Source: Salisapilia sapeloensis CBS 127946
Lineage: Eukaryota; Protista; Oomycota
Assembly: GCA_023334545.1 (NCBI GenBank)
Contig: JAADVB010000043.1
Location: 1-64,000, forward strand
Length of the DNA stretch: 64,000 nucleotides
Direction of reading: 5' to 3'
The position numbers and the translations under genes are program-made. This document shows positions 47,269 through 58,500 of this stretch, one piece after another. The notes beneath the pieces were generated by a model. It saw nothing but the letters and a program-made list of their open reading frames with translations, ran no database searches and was not told where the DNA came from. Each line of letters starts with the position of its first letter. Position 1 is the first letter of the stretch.

Positions 47269-50200
47269 CTATCGTCCAGCAGTCGAACAGTCTGGAACCC
47301 ACGGCGTCGTCGTCGAGTCCGTTGAACTCGTACTCAGCTGCTCACCGTCACTATGCGGGACGTTGCCGACGTGATCAAAGTGGGTCTCACCCTTGGCCAG
47401 CACGAGAGACAGCGAGTGTCCTCGCTGTCGCTCTTTATCGTCCGCATCTTTTGGCTGTTCCTTGCGCTTTCGGACGCGAAGACCTGTGGTATGCCGTCGC
47501 TGGACACGTCTCTCCAAGTCGCTTTCGATACCGACTAGATACCTGTGCATGGCATTGAGGAACCGCCGTCGATACGAGATCGGACTGATGACTGTCGGAT
47601 TCCGGAACATAAGACTCGCTTTCGACGTTGACTCCATCTTCTTGAGAAAATCGAACTGGTGCAAGTAGTCGATCAGACCAACAACCACACGTCGCTTCTC
47701 TTCTTCAAAAACCATCAAGATCGAGTAGTCCACGACGCCAGCGTAGCACAAGAACCCCGTATCGTTCGTCACCGCAGCTTCAAACATGTCCAAGTCCTTT
47801 TGGTAGACAGGTACGGGTATCCTTTCGGCCAAATTACCGTCCAAGAGCACTGGCTTCTCCGTCGTCAATTGGGCGTTCGAAATGGACTCGACGTCGCTCT
47901 CATCGTTACTTTCTTCATCACTCGACGTGTTATACCGACGTCGTAAAATACCTTTTAAGTCATACATCTGCGCACGTTGGAAACCGTATGCGAGATTCTC
48001 CATCACGACAACGTACGTCACGCGCTTCCCACCCTTCCGTCCTTGTGTGATCTTAAACAGCCCCAATACCTTACTCAACACCGTCGGAGTGTCCTGTGCC
48101 AAGACACGTGCCATGAACTTGAAGTAGTGCGGAGCCATGTGCAAGAACATGTTAAACTCCGTCGCAGAGATACCTTTAAGCAAGTATCTCTTGTCCAGCG
48201 TCTTGCTGAACAAGGCACCAGACTTGCCTCCAGTCACTTCCCACGCGCGGCTCATCGACAACGAGTTGAGGAACTCCAAGTTACCAGGCTCAATCAACGC
48301 CCGAAGAGCGTGGAACTGCGCGGCGAAGAAACTCACGACCTGCACATCTCGCTGGACTGCATTCTCTTCGAAAAAGAACTTAGAGTCGGTATGCTGGAGC
48401 TCACTCGAGCTGATTTGACTCAAGTACTGCTCCTTCCTCGCTTCGGATCCTGGAAACTCATACGTCGCATGCCTACTCCCTCTCTTCGCGTTCTGAATCG
48501 CTTCGTCACTACGCAACGTCTCTTCCAGTCGCAAGTCCGACGGTACGTCGATCGTATTGCCCAAGTACCCTTCCAACTGCTCCACATACGCCTTCGACGT
48601 CAGTGTAAATGCGATGAGGGAGCCTAAATCCTTGTCTGACACACGGACGACGTAGCCATTGACGCCACGAGGTAGCTCCAAGTGTCCATCACGTAGCGTC
48701 TGTGGGATTTCATGGTACGTCCGAATGCGAATGGACTCTCCGGCAGGACCGTTGCTAGATGTCGATACAGGTCGAGCGTTGTCCAGTAGCGACGTCGTTC
48801 GATACGCCTTCTTCTTCTCTAAAGACCCACCGGCAGCCGTTAAGATCGCCGATAGATTATTCGGCGCACTACGACTCGATCGACTGACAGACACTTCTTT
48901 TGGTGAGCTCGTGAACCAATCTGGCGGGATCCGACGCTTCGTCGGAGATTCGACAAACACTTTCTTGATCGTCGCATGGACAGAGGATGGAGCGAGGCCG
49001 ATCATACTGTTATGTGCATCCATCGCTTCGTCAAATAACTCTTTCTTCAAGCTATTGCACTGCAAGACACAAGGCTTTGGATCTCGTTCCATCAAGTTTG
49101 CGAGCTTGACACGAAAGACGGCGGAAGAACTCTTGGTGCGTACACGTAGTTGCTCAATTTCATCTCGTGGCGTATGTGCATTCCCAGATAACATCTGAGC
49201 TGTCGAGACGAGACTGTCTTCTAGAATATCCAAGTTCGAGAGCACGACGGACGTCACGGCGTCGATGGCAGCCTCCATATCGCGTTCGAATGAACGTAAA
49301 AAGTCGTTTTGAAAGTCTTCATTCACCACACCTTTCGGGTACATAGTGGCTGATACGAGATGATACGGTCGCCATGCACGATGGTGTCGATGTCCACACT
49401 CGGTATTGGTGTTATCGGCTGGTGCGACGATCGAGCCTTCGTCCGTGGCGGTACTAGATCGCAATCGACGTAATGTCCTGGACCTGAAGAATCCATGTGA
49501 GCTACTGCTTTCTGAATCTTCGGCAAAGAACGATTCGCGACTGCGGATAATTAGTTCACTGATCGCAGACAGCCATTCCGACCGCGTGCGTGCATCGACG
49601 GCGTTCAGACGTAGCTTGTGATCTCCTTTGACCACGAGGAACTGGAACTGATGCGGATTTGTTGACTCTTCCACTTGCAGCGTTGTGTGTCGGTCGATTA
49701 AATCTTCTCGGATCTCGACCAAAGACGTCGCGTCCTTGAGACACACGAGAGAGCTCGTGTCAAGTCGGAGGTAGAAATACCGAAGCTTCCAACTGCGTGA
49801 GAGGGATCGACGGAGACCCAGCCATCCTTCCATCTGAATGTCCTCGCCGTTCACGTGGACAGTCTCATAGTGCTCTGCTTTCCGAGATGTTGGTGGTAGT
49901 TGTAAATAGGACAAAAATGAATCGGAATGTGTTCGATAATATAGCTTTGGTGTCAAATCCGTGTCGTCATCTGGAGACGGAGAAGCCTTGTCTGGGCTTT
50001 CATCCGTCAGCAATCGCGTTTCCGACGGAGGTCTCTTCACTCGCGTACGTATCCATCGTCTTCGTCGGACAAAATGGTAATAGTCTCGCTTACACTTGCT
50101 AGTTCCGGATGCTAGACGTTGGTTGATACGTTCGACGGAGGAGCCGTACGTCCACCCTTCTTCATCACACTGCGTGTACTCGACGTCCGGTTGCCATGGA

Positions 50201-50421
50201 TGACTCCACATCCATTCAGGTGGGATGGTATCAACTTCCGTCGTCACGTGCTTTTCATCCAAAGTATTCAGCCGGTCGTCGTCATCGGAGCCTAGGTTAG
50301 CCGCAGCAGACGTGAGGAGACGGAGGGTGCTTCCCCCTCGATCACAGAAGCGTTCAAAGACCCATCCGTGAAAAGGCTGAAAGGACTGGACTTCAAAGAC
50401 CTCTTCGACTGCAGACTCCAT
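47269..50421 (-). CDS. Fab1/PIKfyve-type PIP kinase with N-terminal DysF and PH domains
   Basis: DysF: EVFEVQ..W..DEEGWTYG..VRRRRWIRTR. PH: MEGWL..SWKLRYF..RSEWLSAI. Kinase: SLIAFTL, TGGKSGALF, VVMENL, YDLKG, DYSIL, GLIDYLHQF, PTVISPISYRRRF. Confidence 0.88.
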   Translation of the reverse strand: MESAVEEVFEVQSFQPFHGWVFERFCDRGGSTLRLLTSAAANLGSDDDDRLNTLDEKHVTTEVDTIPPEWMWSHPWQPDVEYTQCDEEGWTYGSSVERINQRLASGTSKCKRDYYHFVRRRRWIRTRVKRPPSETRLLTDESPDKASPSPDDDTDLTPKLYYRTHSDSFLSYLQLPPTSRKAEHYETVHVNGEDIQMEGWLGLRRSLSRSWKLRYFYLRLDTSSLVCLKDATSLVEIREDLIDRHTTLQVEESTNPHQFQFLVVKGDHKLRLNAVDARTRSEWLSAISELIIRSRESFFAEDSESSSSHGFFRSRTLRRLRSSTATDEGSIVAPADNTNTECGHRHHRAWRPYHLVSATMYPKGVVNEDFQNDFLRSFERDMEAAIDAVTSVVLSNLDILEDSLVSTAQMLSGNAHTPRDEIEQLRVRTKSSSAVFRVKLANLMERDPKPCVLQCNSLKKELFDEAMDAHNSMIGLAPSSVHATIKKVFVESPTKRRIPPDWFTSSPKEVSVSRSSRSAPNNLSAILTAAGGSLEKKKAYRTTSLLDNARPVSTSSNGPAGESIRIRTYHEIPQTLRDGHLELPRGVNGYVVRVSDKDLGSLIAFTLTSKAYVEQLEGYLGNTIDVPSDLRLEETLRSDEAIQNAKRGSRHATYEFPGSEARKEQYLSQISSSELQHTDSKFFFEENAVQRDVQVVSFFAAQFHALRALIEPGNLEFLNSLSMSRAWEVTGGKSGALFSKTLDKRYLLKGISATEFNMFLHMAPHYFKFMARVLAQDTPTVLSKVLGLFKITQGRKGGKRVTYVVVMENLAYGFQRAQMYDLKGILRRRYNTSSDEESNDESDVESISNAQLTTEKPVLLDGNLAERIPVPVYQKDLDMFEAAVTNDTGFLCYAGVVDYSILMVFEEEKRRVVVGLIDYLHQFDFLKKMESTSKASLMFRNPTVISPISYRRRFLNAMHRYLVGIESDLERRVQRRHTTGLRVRKRKEQPKDADDKERQRGHSLSLVLAKGETHFDHVGNVPHSDGEQLSTSSTDSTTTPWVPDCSTAGR

Positions 50422-51008
50422 GATCGCCCGACCGGCAGGAAGGGATGTGACCCGTGAAAGTGAGGAGGAATGTGGATGGTGAGGGAATCGCCCTCGAAAC
50501 GTAGAAAGTCGGAACGAAAATTAAAGCGTTGACTGGACAACGGATCGTGTCAGCACAAATGCAGACGCTTGAATCTCCGTACGTACAACCTGAATGGCGA
50601 AAGTCTCGAGCGTATTTGTGCCCGTAAAGCTGAAGTTACGTCGACACAATTTGCGCCTTCCGTACGTATCACTTGGATTACGAGCGGACACACACGGCCG
50701 TCGACGTGGACAGCGAAGTCGTTCTACAGAAGAAATGACGCACAAACGATCTTAATGCTCGCTACGGTGCTCGCCACGATAACGCTTGTGAGTGCCACTC
50801 CGGTCAGCGTGCTGCCGATATGCCTTTTTCGCAGTAGCGTCCAATACCTTCAGTTGCTAATTTGCGCTTCCTGCACCAAACGCCATACGAAACAGAGTAG
50901 ATTTAGCCAAAGTCTCAACAACTTGATTATTCCATACTTGGGGTGTTAGAAATCCAGGCGTCTATGTCTAACGGGTGGAAAGCTCGATGGATGCAGTCAC
51001 CTGCAGCT

Positions 51009-52757
51009 TCATAGGTACGTGGCTTCACTAATAGTCTCAGGTGGAAGGTTGGCCTCGTTAGCAGGTCGTGTCGCCTCTTCTTTTATGTCTGGACTACTGG
51101 ACTCGAACATGGATGCAGCGCTCACTTTGCCTCCAGTCTTCAAGGGACTGTCGCCACCTGTACTGGTGCGACGATGGCTCGCGCAGAGATTCGTAAGCAG
51201 TGGAATCAAGTACTTGTTATCGAATTGCAGAAGTTTCATGTGTTTATGCGGACGCACGTTCCGATCGAGTGCATGCTCTTCTTCTGGCTAGTGGATATGG
51301 AAACTTAGAGAATAGTATTTCGCATATGAAACAAACAAGCACGTACGCTCAGCTGTGGGATACCGAGGAAACGGAGCATATAGACCGTACCACCACCCAT
51401 GACAAAAATGGAGAGTAGGATGGTGACCATCGTCGTGGCGATGATCTCGTTTTGCTTTTCGCCCGGAAACGACTTGGCCAGTGCAAATGCCACAGCTCCT
51501 CGTAAGCCACTGTACCAGATCATGTGCTGCTGATTGAGCGTGATCCGGTGCTCATTACGACAGCAGTTAAGCAAAAATGTTAGTGGGTAAACATGGCAGG
51601 CTCTGGAGACGAGGCAGAAGAGCGCTGTGAAGAGAATGAACCGGAGGTTGAATCCGCTTTCCAGTGCAAAGACAGAGAGGCCCAAGTCTACGAGACTGTT
51701 AATATGATTCGACTTGTGGTGGAAAAGAATGAGAACTAACTTAGAAAGACCATGGTTTCCGAGATGTGTGCCAGCGTGTTGAAGACACGAGAACAGCTAG
51801 ATCAATGTTAAACAGTTGTAGCGAGAACAACATAAAGTAATAAACGTACACTTCCTGTGCCTCTGTCGAAAGGTTCGGAGATGCATAGTGTTTCATAGAG
51901 ATGCCAGCAAAGATGATGGAAACCACTCCAGACATCTCGAGGACTTCGGACACTACAAACGGCAAGTAGGAGAACATTATGTACACCCCAACTTCATGCA
52001 GCAGACAGGACTTGAGGTTACTGTACTTGAAGAGCAAGGCTGGTATCATACCAAAGGCGATACCGATCATCGTAGCACCAGCAAAGATCAGCATAAACTC
52101 AACGATAGCCATCAGCATAGGCTCCATCGAGTATGAGTAGCCGATGAACTTGGAGAAAGTCGAGAAGAGGCAGATAGCAACAGCATCATTCAATGAGCTT
52201 TCACCAAACACAAGGTAGAATAGCGTAGGATCGACATGTAGCTCTTGGAAGACAGCTAAGACAGATACTGTGTCGGTGGCACTAATGAGAGATCCAAACG
52301 TAAGACTTTCCGCTAGGGATAATCTTGTTGTCCATCCTGCTCTGCCCACGATAAAGACTAGGAGACCAGTGACGATGCTCATGATCATGGTTCCAAAGAT
52401 GGAGTAAGTCAAAATGGGCACGATGTTCGTGAAGAAGTATCGTCGCTTCATGGTGTATCCTGAATTAAAAATGATGGGAGGTAAGAGAGCAACGAAGAAT
52501 ACACTCGGATCGAATTGCATGAGCGATACGGAGATGGTGTCCGGTTTGAGTGCACATACAAGACTCGCTGCCATGCCGACGGCGATCGTTGCCCCTGCCT
52601 CTGGTAGGAAATGCCACTGTAGCTTGTACGTGACGAGGTTGCTGACAATTATCGACAGCATAAGCAGTAGTAACACTGCTGTTGCAAAGCTTGAGAGTTC
52701 ATACTCGTCACTCTTGTGGGATTCAATGAGCACCTCGGGTATGCCGGATGGTGACAT
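51009..52757 (-). CDS. Na+/H+ exchanger (CPA1), NHE8-like; four exons
   Basis: FFVALLPPIIFNSGY, FGSLISATDTVSVL, LVFGESSLNDAVAI, WYSGLRGAVAFALA, LQFDNKYLIPLLT. The start could be the upstream ATG near 52838. Confidence 0.9.
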
Positions 52758-52926
52758 GGCCAACAAAGATGTTGCAAAGGTGTCACTCGGAAGGGTAGTC
52801 GGTGTAATCGAATGAAACGACACACGTTCAGTTTCCATTAATAGGCACACCATGAGTTCAATGTACTTGAAGCAAAGACAAAAGTTTATTTATACATGCA
52901 TGCATCTGTACAACTACCTAAAATGG

Positions 52927-54764
52927 TCAATCCACGATGGCATTCTCTGAAATGACTTCCAGACCTGATGCCGAATGGTTTCTGACAAAGTCTGGAGCGG
53001 ACACGATCATCGGATTGTTGGAAGAGTTTGCTCTCGCAGATGAAATGTCGGATACGTTATAAAAACCATTGGTAGGAGGCATCACCCATGGACTGGGAGG
53101 TGCATAGTAGTAACGAGATTGACTGGAATGGGACATTGTAGAAGGTGTATCGATGGCATGTCGGTAGCTAGTTGGCTCGGCCGGACCAGATGTGAAGAAC
53201 CGGACGACATCCTGCGGCGCAGTTCGCCATAACGTAGAGTCATCCCAAGATACATTGGGCGTTTCTGGCACTTCACACTGCCTATTGAAATCCCATCCAA
53301 ATGTGGATGCTGTCGTTGAGTACACTTGCTCCAGTTGCCATGCTAGCTCCGAGCTCTCTTCATGTTGTGGTCGACCTGTAGCACTAGTCCGTAGATGCTG
53401 CTGGTCGCTTACAAGAGCAGCGGGATCCGTATACGCTGCCGCGTCGTCTTCATCTTCTTCGTCTTCATCACGTAGAGCGTCTTGGACATTAACGTCGACG
53501 ATGTAAGAGTCCAACTTGCGCTTACCAGTAAATGACGATCGTTCGCCTAGGTTAAAGTCCGTCGGCTCAAAGATCGATGCATTTGGGTTCAGGGAGGAAG
53601 GTGAATGGATGGGCGTATCAGTGGCTGACGTTGGGACAGTCTCGACGCTGGAGTCGCTTCGGTTATCCAACTGGTCTTCCTCACCACTTGAGCTCGCCGT
53701 ACAGGATGGGGCGTTGCATGATGAAGGAAAAGCAGCTTGTGAAGGAGACTGCGATCGCTGCGTTCGTGCTTTCTTCTTCTTACTCTTCTTCTTTTTCTTT
53801 TTCAAGGATGAGGATGACTTTGGCTCGTTCTTGGTAGACACTTCGAGTAGCAATGACTCCATTTGCTGTCGAGCTTCTTCTTCCAAGTGTGACAAGTAGC
53901 TTTTGAGAATCAACTATATCAACATATCGTTCATGAGTTTATAGACGCATTCTGTCTGCTGGAATGGAAACGCACCTGCTCCACAAGCATCGCAATGAGT
54001 CGTTCGTAATCTTCCCAGGAACTTATCGTTTCACTGTCTTTCACAAATAACGAAGTGAAGTGGTTCGTACTTAGAATATGTACACTTGTGAGAAAGTTAG
54101 GTAGCACGCTGTCGGCTAATTCGATCAGTCGATGCGGATCTTCCAACAGTTCATTCTTGACTGTAAGGATACCCGTCCCGACTTCCATGAACTCCATTCC
54201 TTCCAAAAGTTCATACGCTTTGTCCGAATCGAGGGACTGGGTTGATACATTTTGCAGTTTGGACGATCCTTGCTTTATATCTTTCTCGAGGGATGTATAC
54301 GTTTCTTCCGTGCTTGACGACGCAGCTGTCGACTCTTTGTCAATGTTCTTTGCAGCTTTCTGCTGAGATGTCTTCAGGTGGCGCTGCATGAGACCAACGC
54401 AAAGGAGACTCAAATTCAGCTTATACAGCTGCTTCACAACCTCAGGCTGATCGACAAACAGAATCTGCTGACGTTCGTCGGTACTTAGTCGAGCCCAATA
54501 GGCTCCAATACGCTGATGAGTTGTAGACGCATCCAATGCGGCTGTCGATGGTGGCTGAGGAGCAATCGCAGACATACTGACCAGCTTCTTTTTCGTGTTT
54601 TTCTTGCTCGAGCTACTATGTCGAGTCTTTTTCCTTGCCTTCATCTGCTTCATACTACCAGAGGACCCATTTCCTTGTACTTGATTGTCCACAGCCGACG
54701 TATGCGTCCGAACCGCTAGGTATGCTTTCCAAATTGGAGCTACACAGTCCATCGAATTGGGCAT
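52927..54764 (-). CDS. Hypothetical protein, two exons, with a poly-Lys tract
   Basis: A GT-AG intron after MLVEQ joins ORFs 53931 and 52927. Helical core YWARLSTDERQQILFV; KKKKKKSKKKK NLS-like tract. Start codon uncertain. Confidence 0.6.
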
Positions 54765-55001
54765 GGCATGAGTCAGTATTTCATTCATTGAAAATTGGAA
54801 GACGATCGTTCCAACGATGCATCCAACGTGAAAGAGATCATGCTAAACAATTACCACTCATTTCCTTGATGGCGATCTCCACGTAGAATGAGACTAAGCA
54901 CCTCTTCGCGCACTAGTTCTTCTAGATTTTGTTCGCGTGTTTTGTTTTGTTGTTTTGATAGGCATCAGCCACCATCAGGTGTTAGGTGTTAAGCGATTCT
55001 C

Positions 55002-55304
55002 ATGGCGAGCGCAAGGGACCGAAAGGTGGCACAGGAGCTGAAGCAGGCTTGTGAAGAGACTGCAGAGCAAGCTATTGCTGCTACGAAAGCGTCTGGACAA
55101 GCGTCTCGAGTGCACCATAAAAATCGCAAGTTTGGTAGTCGCAAGGAGGCGATGGCAGCCAAGGTTTGGACAGGACAAAAGAATAGCATGTCGAGAAATT
55201 TAATACGAACTGGTGGGTAGATCGCTGCAGCAAAAGCTAAGCGAGAGGCAAAGGCTGAGCAGCGTGGTCAAAATGGGGGTGCCAGCGCTGAGAGCGATAA
55301 ATAA
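55002..55304 (+). CDS. Small basic Ala/Lys-rich protein (about 80 aa), two exons
   Basis: MASARDRKVAQELKQAC...KEAMAAK, GT-AG intron, then IAAAKAKREAKAEQRGQNGGASAESDK followed by TAA. Confidence 0.55.
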
Positions 55305-55580
55305 CAGGCTGTAGAGCATCCACTTGTGCCTCTGTCATCTTACTCTTAGAAGAGCCCTGTATCTCTCTGCTTCGTCCTGCGTATTTGGATAGGCGGAAAC
55401 GTTCACTCGATATACTGAGGCTTACTTCTGCCCTCTACTCTACCTCCATGATCGGTTTCAAGATCGATGACTAGACTGTGTCGTCCGTTTCTTCTTTTCA
55501 TGCGTTTTTCAATTCCCTCCAGGCGTCAATGATCACTTCTTTTTTATCGCTCAAGTGTTTCGAGTCTGTAGCAACACAAA

Positions 55581-58500
55581 ATGGTCGATGAAACGGGAGA
55601 CGAGGAGGAGGTAATAGCATCTCCTCCTCGAGGACCAGCCAAACTGTCAAGCAAGTCAACAGCATCTTCTGGTTGTGGTGTGCTCTTTGCTCTATTACGG
55701 AAAAACTGGATTGTGAAAAAGCGCCATCCATACGCCACGCTCCTTGAGCTCACTGCACCTTTAATATGCATCCTATTGTTCTCAATCCTCAAAACTGTGA
55801 ACAATCCAACCCACGTCCCGACCGGGTGGTCAAATACGCTTTCAGCCGATAGCAACTCAGTAGATGGTACGAGCTGGCCATTGAATCTACAAACGTCCAT
55901 GAAGGAAATGGTTGACAATAAATTAAACACATTCGGGATCGTCGCTGATGAGCGGCCGAATTATTCCATGATAAATCCTAGTGACAACACCGCGTCGGGC
56001 ATCGGCTCTCTCTCGGAAATTGCAAAGTCTCCGTATGCAATGATGTCCTTCCTATCAAGCTTAGAGATTCCGAATTTCTATTTTACAGAACCAACAATGA
56101 CCGGATTGATGCTCAACATGGCACTCTCATCCGTGAAAGAAGCACAAAACTTAAATGGTATTAGCAATGAAGATTTAGTCATGTGCTTCGTGCAAACTGT
56201 GCTTTTCGGGCATACGCGCGTTCCATCTCAAGACGATGGCATTGGCAGAAACGATGATGTACCCAAGGAATGCCATGATCGTGTCATACCGTACAAGATC
56301 GGTATCGCACCAGATACGCCGTACACTCGAAACTACTTTTCGAAGTTACTGGAAATGTGGTATCCCAGCATCCCATTGCTGCCTCTTGTATATGGTATTT
56401 CTCCTCTTTCCTCACCCTCTTTCGAGACCTCTCGCATCTTCTTTGCAAATGAAAGTGCGTTGGAAGACTACGTTACCAGTACAAGCTATGGGGAAGACAT
56501 TTATCATCCACGACTCTATGCAGCACTCGTCTTTAATGACTTTCCAGACGGCACATCAGCTCCGATTGGGGACATCCAAGGACACCCGATATCGTATTCC
56601 ATTCGTATGAACTCTTCATCAGAGGATGGTAGTGGTATGTACAAGGTACCTCGTACCCTAGATGTCATTTCGTTTGGTGAAAATCCGCTCCGTCGTTCGT
56701 TAAAACCAGGCCGACTTAGGAGCTACAGCATTACTGGATTCATGACGCTGCAGACAGCAGTTAGTCGATTTCTGAACTGTATGCCAGATTGGGACCCCGC
56801 TACACAGTCAACGACTGGTTCTTGCCAAATATCAGAATCGACTTCCACTTCAGGTGCTACATTGGAGAATGGACAAGACTTGGATACTAGACTTTTACAG
56901 CAGATCGAAAACGATACAGTGGTCCAGAGCGTTATTGGTGCAATGACTTCTTTGCAAAAGTTTATGAAGGTAGCAAAGGCTGCTGGTGTAATTGAAGACA
57001 TTCCTGGGATGAAAATTTCATTCGTGGAGGCATCATTGGATATGAATCTCTCGATTGCTGACATGCCAGCACAATCCAAAGATCAACTACTTCAGTCATT
57101 TCGTCAAGCACCTCAGCCATACCATGGCGCTGGTATATTTGTAAGCCCTGTTGAAGCTTATGACGATGTTGCATTCTTTGGTCATCTTCTTACAGTCTTC
57201 CCACTTGGCTTTCTCGTATCCTACCTGTACGCATTAGCACGCATGATCGATGCATTTGTCTCGGAGAAGGAAACGCATTCAAAGGACTTGCAGCGTATTA
57301 TTGGAGCTCCAAATGCATATATCACATTCTCCTGGTTGATAACTTATACACCAATCATCCTGGCGGCATCACTTGTCCAAACCATGTTTTCGAAGCTACT
57401 TCTATTCACAAATTCGGACTTTGGACTCTTACTTGCCTTCCACGCGTCTTTCTACAGTTGCACTTGTGCGTTCTCGTACTTCATCAGTGCTCTCTTCGAG
57501 CGCACGCGGACGGCGACAGTAGTAGGCTTGGCAGTGTACGTAATAACCTTTTTCATCTCCTTCTTTTATCAAGAAACGACGGGGGAGATGATACGGACAG
57601 TATCTTGTGTCTTCCCTCCAATGTCACTCTTCCAGGCTGAGCTGATTCTCGCGTTATCGGAAGAAGTAAGCATGGGAATGACGATACAGACAATGTCGAG
57701 CAAAGTATATAACTTCCGCTTTAGTTCGTCCATCTACATGCAAGTCTTCGACACTATCTTTTACTTCCTTCTAGCCATCCTGGTAGATCACATCATGCAT
57801 CATCGCACTGGGATTACCAGACATCTTCGACACATGTTGCTAGGAGCGAACCTAGAGACACGTCTAGCCAAATTTCAATCTGCTACAATTCACACCAAGC
57901 AGGACAGCAAATTACAAAATGAAGAATTGGAAGCTGTACAACATACCAGCGTTAATTTGAGTCCTAATAATGAAACTCCTTTCATTGAGCCCTTGGATGC
58001 CAGTGACTTTAAGCAGCAGGAAGAGGACGGTCGAGCAGTTACGATATCCAACCTTCGGAAAGAATTTTCAGTTCCAGGTGGAAAGAAGGTCGCTGTGCAA
58101 GGATTGTGGTTGAATCTGTATGAAGGTCAGATCACGTGTCTACTAGGCCATAATGGTGCTGGGAAGACGACACTTTTGTCGATGCTGACAGGCGTGACTA
58201 CACCGACCAGTGGAGACGCCAAAGTGAATGGCTATTCCGTCGCGAACGACATGGCAAATGTTCGTATATCCCTTGGCTACTGTCCTCAGCACAGTGTTCT
58301 GTATGGCGAACTGACAGTTGAAGAGCATTTGACGTTTTATGCTCGCATTAAAAAGATCCCGGAGGAGAACAACGTAGCAAAGGAGGCTATCGAAACGAAA
58401 ATGAAGGAAGTAGGTTTGATGGAAAAGCGCAATGTAGCTGCGTCTGCGCTGTCTGGAGGCATGCAAAGACGTTTGTCACTTGCCATTGCACTACTCGGCG

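Noticed and set aside
50569-50949. ORF with a signal-peptide-like MLATVLATITLVSA and a good-looking intron (GTGAGT...TTTTTCGCAG)
   Set aside because: Splicing gives an immediate stop or a frame with no start, and the unspliced product is not protein-like. It may be a UTR or non-coding transcript.
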